A stretch of DNA of 64,000 nt from Candidatus Latescibacterota bacterium (lineage in GTDB: Bacteria > Latescibacterota > UBA2968 > GCA-2709665): contig OZ242180.1 in NCBI GenBank assembly GCA_965205485.1, forward strand, positions 160,001-224,000. The letters are read 5' to 3'. Positions 60,057-64,000 of this stretch are shown in pieces. The notes under the pieces were generated by a model. It saw only the letters and a program-made list of their open reading frames with translations, was not told the origin of the DNA and did not search any database. The translations under genes and the position numbers were made by a program. Numbering within the stretch: the first letter of the stretch is position 1; every line of letters starts with the position of its first letter.

Positions 60057-60848
60057 TCACGCGCCTTCCAGCACCCGCCGCATTTCCTCACCATTTGTCC
60101 GGAACCAGTCCATCAGAATGCTGACGTCCGTTCCGATACAGAAGTGTTTCACGCCCATATCCAGATAGCGCCTGGCCTGGTCCGGCGCGCTGATCTCCGC
60201 CCGCGGCGCAACGCCCATTTTCAATGACGTCTCGATGACGAACTTCTCAGCCTCTTTGACTCTCTCGGATCCGTATTCGCCCGGATGGCCGATACTCATC
60301 GAAAAGTCCCCCGGGCCGAACTGTACCATATCCAGGCCGCCCACGGCCAGGATCGCCTCCAGGTTCTCCACCGCCGGCGCTTTTTCGATCATGACGGCGA
60401 TGACGACGTCTTCCATGGCATCGACGAACTCCGGCAGGCCGCCGGCCATCCCGAACCCCATGGTCCGGCGCATGCTCGCCCCGTGCTGCCCCCCGGTCTT
60501 CGGCGTCTCGGCCCGAACCGCGTTCACGCACTCGCGGGCGTCGGAGACGTTCCGCACGTCGGCGAAAAGCACATTCTGGATGCCCGCGCCGATCGCCCGG
60601 GAAGCCAGGTGCGACCTCGGCTCTTGTTCCACCTTGATCATGGATGACATATCGTAGAGTTCGATCGCCCTGGCGAGGTTTTCGAACGTATGCAGGTCGT
60701 ACGGCGCGTATTCCGATACGTATTCCACGTAATCGTACATTCCGGTAAGCCCTACGAGTTCCATGACCGTCGGCCAGGGGCTGTGTACGTGGGTCCCGAT
60801 ACTCGGCTTGTCGGCCTTCAACAACTCACTCAGTTTGTTTCTGCGCAT
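60057..60848 (-). CDS. HpcH/HpaI aldolase family protein
   Basis: MIE...AVENLEAIL, FGP.D.SMS.G. Confidence 0.88.
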   Translation of the reverse strand: MRRNKLSELLKADKPSIGTHVHSPWPTVMELVGLTGMYDYVEYVSEYAPYDLHTFENLARAIELYDMSSMIKVEQEPRSHLASRAIGAGIQNVLFADVRNVSDARECVNAVRAETPKTGGQHGASMRRTMGFGMAGGLPEFVDAMEDVVIAVMIEKAPAVENLEAILAVGGLDMVQFGPGDFSMSIGHPGEYGSERVKEAEKFVIETSLKMGVAPRAEISAPDQARRYLDMGVKHFCIGTDVSILMDWFRTNGEEMRRVLEGA

Positions 60849-60980
60849 GCGTTAACCTCCGCGTGTATTTCCATCCTGCCGATTTCATTCGATCGCCTTC
60901 ATTTGCCACCAAAGATGACCGGAATCTGTTTCGGTTTGTAAACTTGACGTCGGATTTGCAGGATACCTGTGGGATGTACT

Positions 60981-61727
60981 TTAGCCGAACGGCTTCAGGG
61001 CCCGGATCTGTCTGACGTGTTCGGCCACCTCATCCGCGGAAGCGTCCAGCATTCGCTCGCCGTCCTCCGCGCTCGCCACCGTCGGGTCGCCAACGCCGCC
61101 GTGCCGAGTGCGCTGATCGAACCGGTAGTAGGACGCCACACCCGGCACCCGCATGCCGTCGCGCTCGCCATCGGCGTCCAGCCTGTCCGTTCGCACGAGT
61201 TCGGGACGGATCGCCAGGATCATCGACGTCTCCGTCTCGCCGGCGTGCCCGGACCCACCGGAACCCAGTTGGCGTATTTTGTCCAGTGCACCGCCGGAGG
61301 CCCACGCCCAGCGCGAGTAGAACTCCACGTCGCCGTCGGGGTACCGTTCCATCAGCCGCTGCAGCAGCACCGAGACATTCGCGCCGTTTCCGCCGTGGCT
61401 GTTCTGAATCAGAATCTTCCGGAACCCGTGACCCACCATCGACACCACGATGTCCATCATCAGCAGCAGGTGGGTCTCGGACACGGCGCTCACCGTACCG
61501 GGATAGCGAATGTGGTGCTGGGAGTACCCCAGCCACTGCACCGGCAGCACGAGCACGTCGTCCGGGCAGCGTTCGTGTACCCGCCTGGCCACCTCGCCGC
61601 CGATCAGACTGTCCGTAAACACTGGCAGGTGCAGGCTGTGCTGCTCGCACGAGGCCACGGGCATCAGTACCACGATATCCCGCGGCAGGGCGTCGATCTC
61701 GGGGGAGGTCATTTCAGCGAGGATCAT
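60981..61727 (-). CDS. Creatininase family amidohydrolase
   Basis: EQH..HLP..TD, G.S.HH..YPGT, NSHGGN, HAGE.ETS. Confidence 0.9.
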   Translation of the reverse strand: MILAEMTSPEIDALPRDIVVLMPVASCEQHSLHLPVFTDSLIGGEVARRVHERCPDDVLVLPVQWLGYSQHHIRYPGTVSAVSETHLLLMMDIVVSMVGHGFRKILIQNSHGGNGANVSVLLQRLMERYPDGDVEFYSRWAWASGGALDKIRQLGSGGSGHAGETETSMILAIRPELVRTDRLDADGERDGMRVPGVASYYRFDQRTRHGGVGDPTVASAEDGERMLDASADEVAEHVRQIRALKPFG

Positions 61728-61823
61728 GTCTTCCACCTTTCGCCTGCGGACGCGCAAGCCGACGACACGATACCGCCGGAATTGCCCGCTTCCGTCTGGA
61801 AAGTCAGGACGGACAATAAACGC

Positions 61824-62840
61824 CTAACGCCCAAACGCATCAAGCACATTCTGCACACACGCGCCAACGCTTTCCAGGTCGTATCCGCCCTCCTGCACCA
61901 GCAGCGTCGGAAGGTCCGCCCGGGCGAGCCGACATCCGATTGTCTCGAATGTAGAGACCGGCAGGTCGAACTTGCCCAGCGGGTCTTCCCTACAGGCGTC
62001 CACGCCCAGCGAAACCACCAGGAAGGCGGGCGCGAACCGGTCCACCTCGTTCAGCGCTCGGTCCAGCGCCTCCAGATACCGCGTTTCATCCGACCCGATG
62101 GCAAGCGGCAGGTTCACGTTCAGCCCGAGCCCGGCGCCTGAACCGGTCTCATCCGCGTGTCCGCTGAACCAGGGATACTCGAAGTCCGGATCCGCGTGGA
62201 TGGATGCGAACAGAACCGCGTCCGACCCGTAGAAGATCGACTGCGTTCCGTTCCCGTGGTGATAGTCCACGTCCAGCACGGCCACGCGACCGGCCACGCC
62301 AAGATATTTCGCTGCGGCGGCGGCGTGGTTAAGGTAGCAGTAGCCGCCATAGAGATCGCCCGCCGCGTGATGCCCCGGAGGACGGCAGAGCGCATAGACC
62401 GAGGTCTCGCCCTCCAGCAGCATCGCCGCGCCGGTCAGCGCGCAGTACGCGGCCTCGCGAGCCGCCGTGAAGGTGTACTCGAGTATCGGGGTCTGCGTCT
62501 CGAAGCCATAGTACCCCGCCTGATGTACGAGATCGCGGGGCCTGCGTGACGAGGCGCGCGCCGCGAACGTGTCGGGGATCAGTCCGGTTTCGCCGCCTCC
62601 ACCCCGGTCCACCCACGCCGCGTGGACGTGCTCCAGGAAGCGCAGATAGCCCGCGTCGTGAACGGCACGGATTGCATCCATCGAGAACGTCCGCGGCGGC
62701 AGCACTTCGTACGTGCCCTGAATCGCGCGCAGAATCGCCTCGGCCCGCGCCGGGATTTCCGGATTCGGTCTCAGTCGGCCGCCGATGAACTGATCGCGCG
62801 GCGCGTGGCGTTTGTGATCCGGCGAATAGATGACTTTCAT
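61824..62840 (-). CDS. Histone deacetylase family protein (acetylpolyamine amidohydrolase-like)
   Basis: PE...R, LCRPPGHHA, GGYCYLN, DVDYHHGNGTQ, QEGGY. Confidence 0.92.
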   Translation of the reverse strand: MKVIYSPDHKRHAPRDQFIGGRLRPNPEIPARAEAILRAIQGTYEVLPPRTFSMDAIRAVHDAGYLRFLEHVHAAWVDRGGGGETGLIPDTFAARASSRRPRDLVHQAGYYGFETQTPILEYTFTAAREAAYCALTGAAMLLEGETSVYALCRPPGHHAAGDLYGGYCYLNHAAAAAKYLGVAGRVAVLDVDYHHGNGTQSIFYGSDAVLFASIHADPDFEYPWFSGHADETGSGAGLGLNVNLPLAIGSDETRYLEALDRALNEVDRFAPAFLVVSLGVDACREDPLGKFDLPVSTFETIGCRLARADLPTLLVQEGGYDLESVGACVQNVLDAFGR

Positions 62841-63007
62841 TGCATCCCTGGAAGGCGTGAGGACGTGAATCTCACGCGATTTCGTAAGGACTTCTGAGTT
62901 TCGCGGGCATTGCTTGAATTCTTTCCGGTCGTTTCGATATATTATTGGCAGAATGGGTGGGGAAAATATACCGTTCGCGTGTCTATATCTACAAAAGGGC
63001 CTTACAC

Positions 63008-64000
63008 ATGAACAATGACGCACACCTGATCCAACTTATTCTGACGGGTGATTCGCGAGCGCTCGAGCAACTCATTCGTAAGCACCAGGCGTCTGTTTAC
63101 TCCCAATCGCTCTATTGGATGAGAAATCCCGAAGATGCCCGCGAAGTCGTTCAGGACGTCTTCCTCAAAGCGTATCAGAACCTGGCTTCACTCAGGCGCC
63201 CCGAACGTTTCGAGGCGTGGCTGCGTCAGATTGCCCGTAACGAATGCCGGAACCGGCTGCGCATCAGACAGCCCGGCGCACGGCCGCTCACCCGGGAGGA
63301 ACCCGCCAACGAACAGTCCGCTGAAGCGCGGCTGATTCGAGATGAGACGATTGGTAGAGCCATTTCCGCAATTGACAGACTCCCCGCACTGGAACGCGAC
63401 CTGCTCAAATCCCGCTATCTGGACGAGATCCCGTATGCGGACCTGCAAAAGATCCACGGCCTTTCATATAAGGCCCTGACGATGCGCATACTCAGAGCCA
63501 AACGCAAGGTTCGTACTCAACTCCATCAGAACTTCGCTGATTTCCAGGTCACGCCGGACGAAGATGCCATATCGCCGGCAGCCGTTCCTTATCCGACGTC
63601 GAAACATCCGCAAAGAGGAGAACCCGCCGTGCCTCACACGCCCTTTGAATTCACTGCGCCGTATGCCGCGAAAAAAGACGGCAAGTTCGGGTACATCGAC
63701 AAAAACGGGGAAATGATCATCCCGCCCCAGTTCGAGAGAGCCCTGGGCTTTGTGGAGGGCCTCGGACGCGTGGGCATTGGCGACAAACAGGGATATATCG
63801 ACGAAACCGGGAAGTTCGTCATTCCCCTGAAGTTCGACGAAGCCCACCCCTTCAGTGAAGGCCTCGCGGGTGCTCGAATCGGGGAACGATTCGGTTTTAT
63901 CGACAAATCCGGCGCGTTTGCGGTGCCGCCTCGTTACGAACAGGTCGAGCACTTCTCCGAAGGCATCGCCGCTGTCATGGAAAACGGCAAATGGGGATAC
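63008..64000 (+). CDS. ECF sigma-70 factor fused to WG-repeat domain (3' partial)
   Basis: Not in the ORF track. Hand translation is open from ATG 63008 to the window end: sigma2 (EDAREVVQDVFLKAY…FEAWL.QIARN), sigma4 (LP..ER..L..RY…RAK.K), then GKFGYID..G..II.PQF…F.EGL repeats. Confidence 0.92.
   Translation, partial: MNNDAHLIQLILTGDSRALEQLIRKHQASVYSQSLYWMRNPEDAREVVQDVFLKAYQNLASLRRPERFEAWLRQIARNECRNRLRIRQPGARPLTREEPANEQSAEARLIRDETIGRAISAIDRLPALERDLLKSRYLDEIPYADLQKIHGLSYKALTMRILRAKRKVRTQLHQNFADFQVTPDEDAISPAAVPYPTSKHPQRGEPAVPHTPFEFTAPYAAKKDGKFGYIDKNGEMIIPPQFERALGFVEGLGRVGIGDKQGYIDETGKFVIPLKFDEAHPFSEGLAGARIGERFGFIDKSGAFAVPPRYEQVEHFSEGIAAVMENGKWGY

Overview
GC-rich bacterial chromosome segment, mostly minus-strand metabolic genes. 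The gene content suggests a Latescibacterota/Planctomycetota-like heterotroph (inference only). From left to right: (1) 1-7.3 kb, a tightly coupled orphan operon: EhpF/GriC-like adenylating enzyme, atypical aldehyde dehydrogenase-fold protein, Fe-alcohol dehydrogenase, PQQ-type beta-propeller, HemN-like radical SAM enzyme, second beta-propeller. (2) 7.3-19.4 kb, carbohydrate genes: two Gfo/Idh/MocA oxidoreductases, a YetA/RG-lyase-like protein, LarA, a GT2 + GT-C pair and a heparinase II/III protein. (3) 19.4-38.5 kb, an accessory/defence island: a Panacea antitoxin with a PemK-like toxin split at an A_AAA_AAG slippery site, two decayed phd copies, five same-orientation IS21-type ends and three IS3 remnants interleaved with small cargo ORFs, a single-polypeptide kinase-receiver-wHTH regulator, and a zorABCD (Zorya type I) operon whose ZorD lacks the nuclease domain. 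(4) 38.6-63 kb, housekeeping and catabolic genes: acetolactate synthase, PHP, DMFase-like, M16 protease, frameshifted proA, thiolase/DUF35/acyl-CoA ligases, lactonase, uxuA, aldolase, creatininase, HDAC-like. (5) An ECF sigma factor fused to WG repeats that runs off the right end. GGAG-type REP hairpins occur in several intergenic regions. No rRNA, tRNA or CRISPR array was recognised. All family calls come from motif recognition by eye, not database searches.
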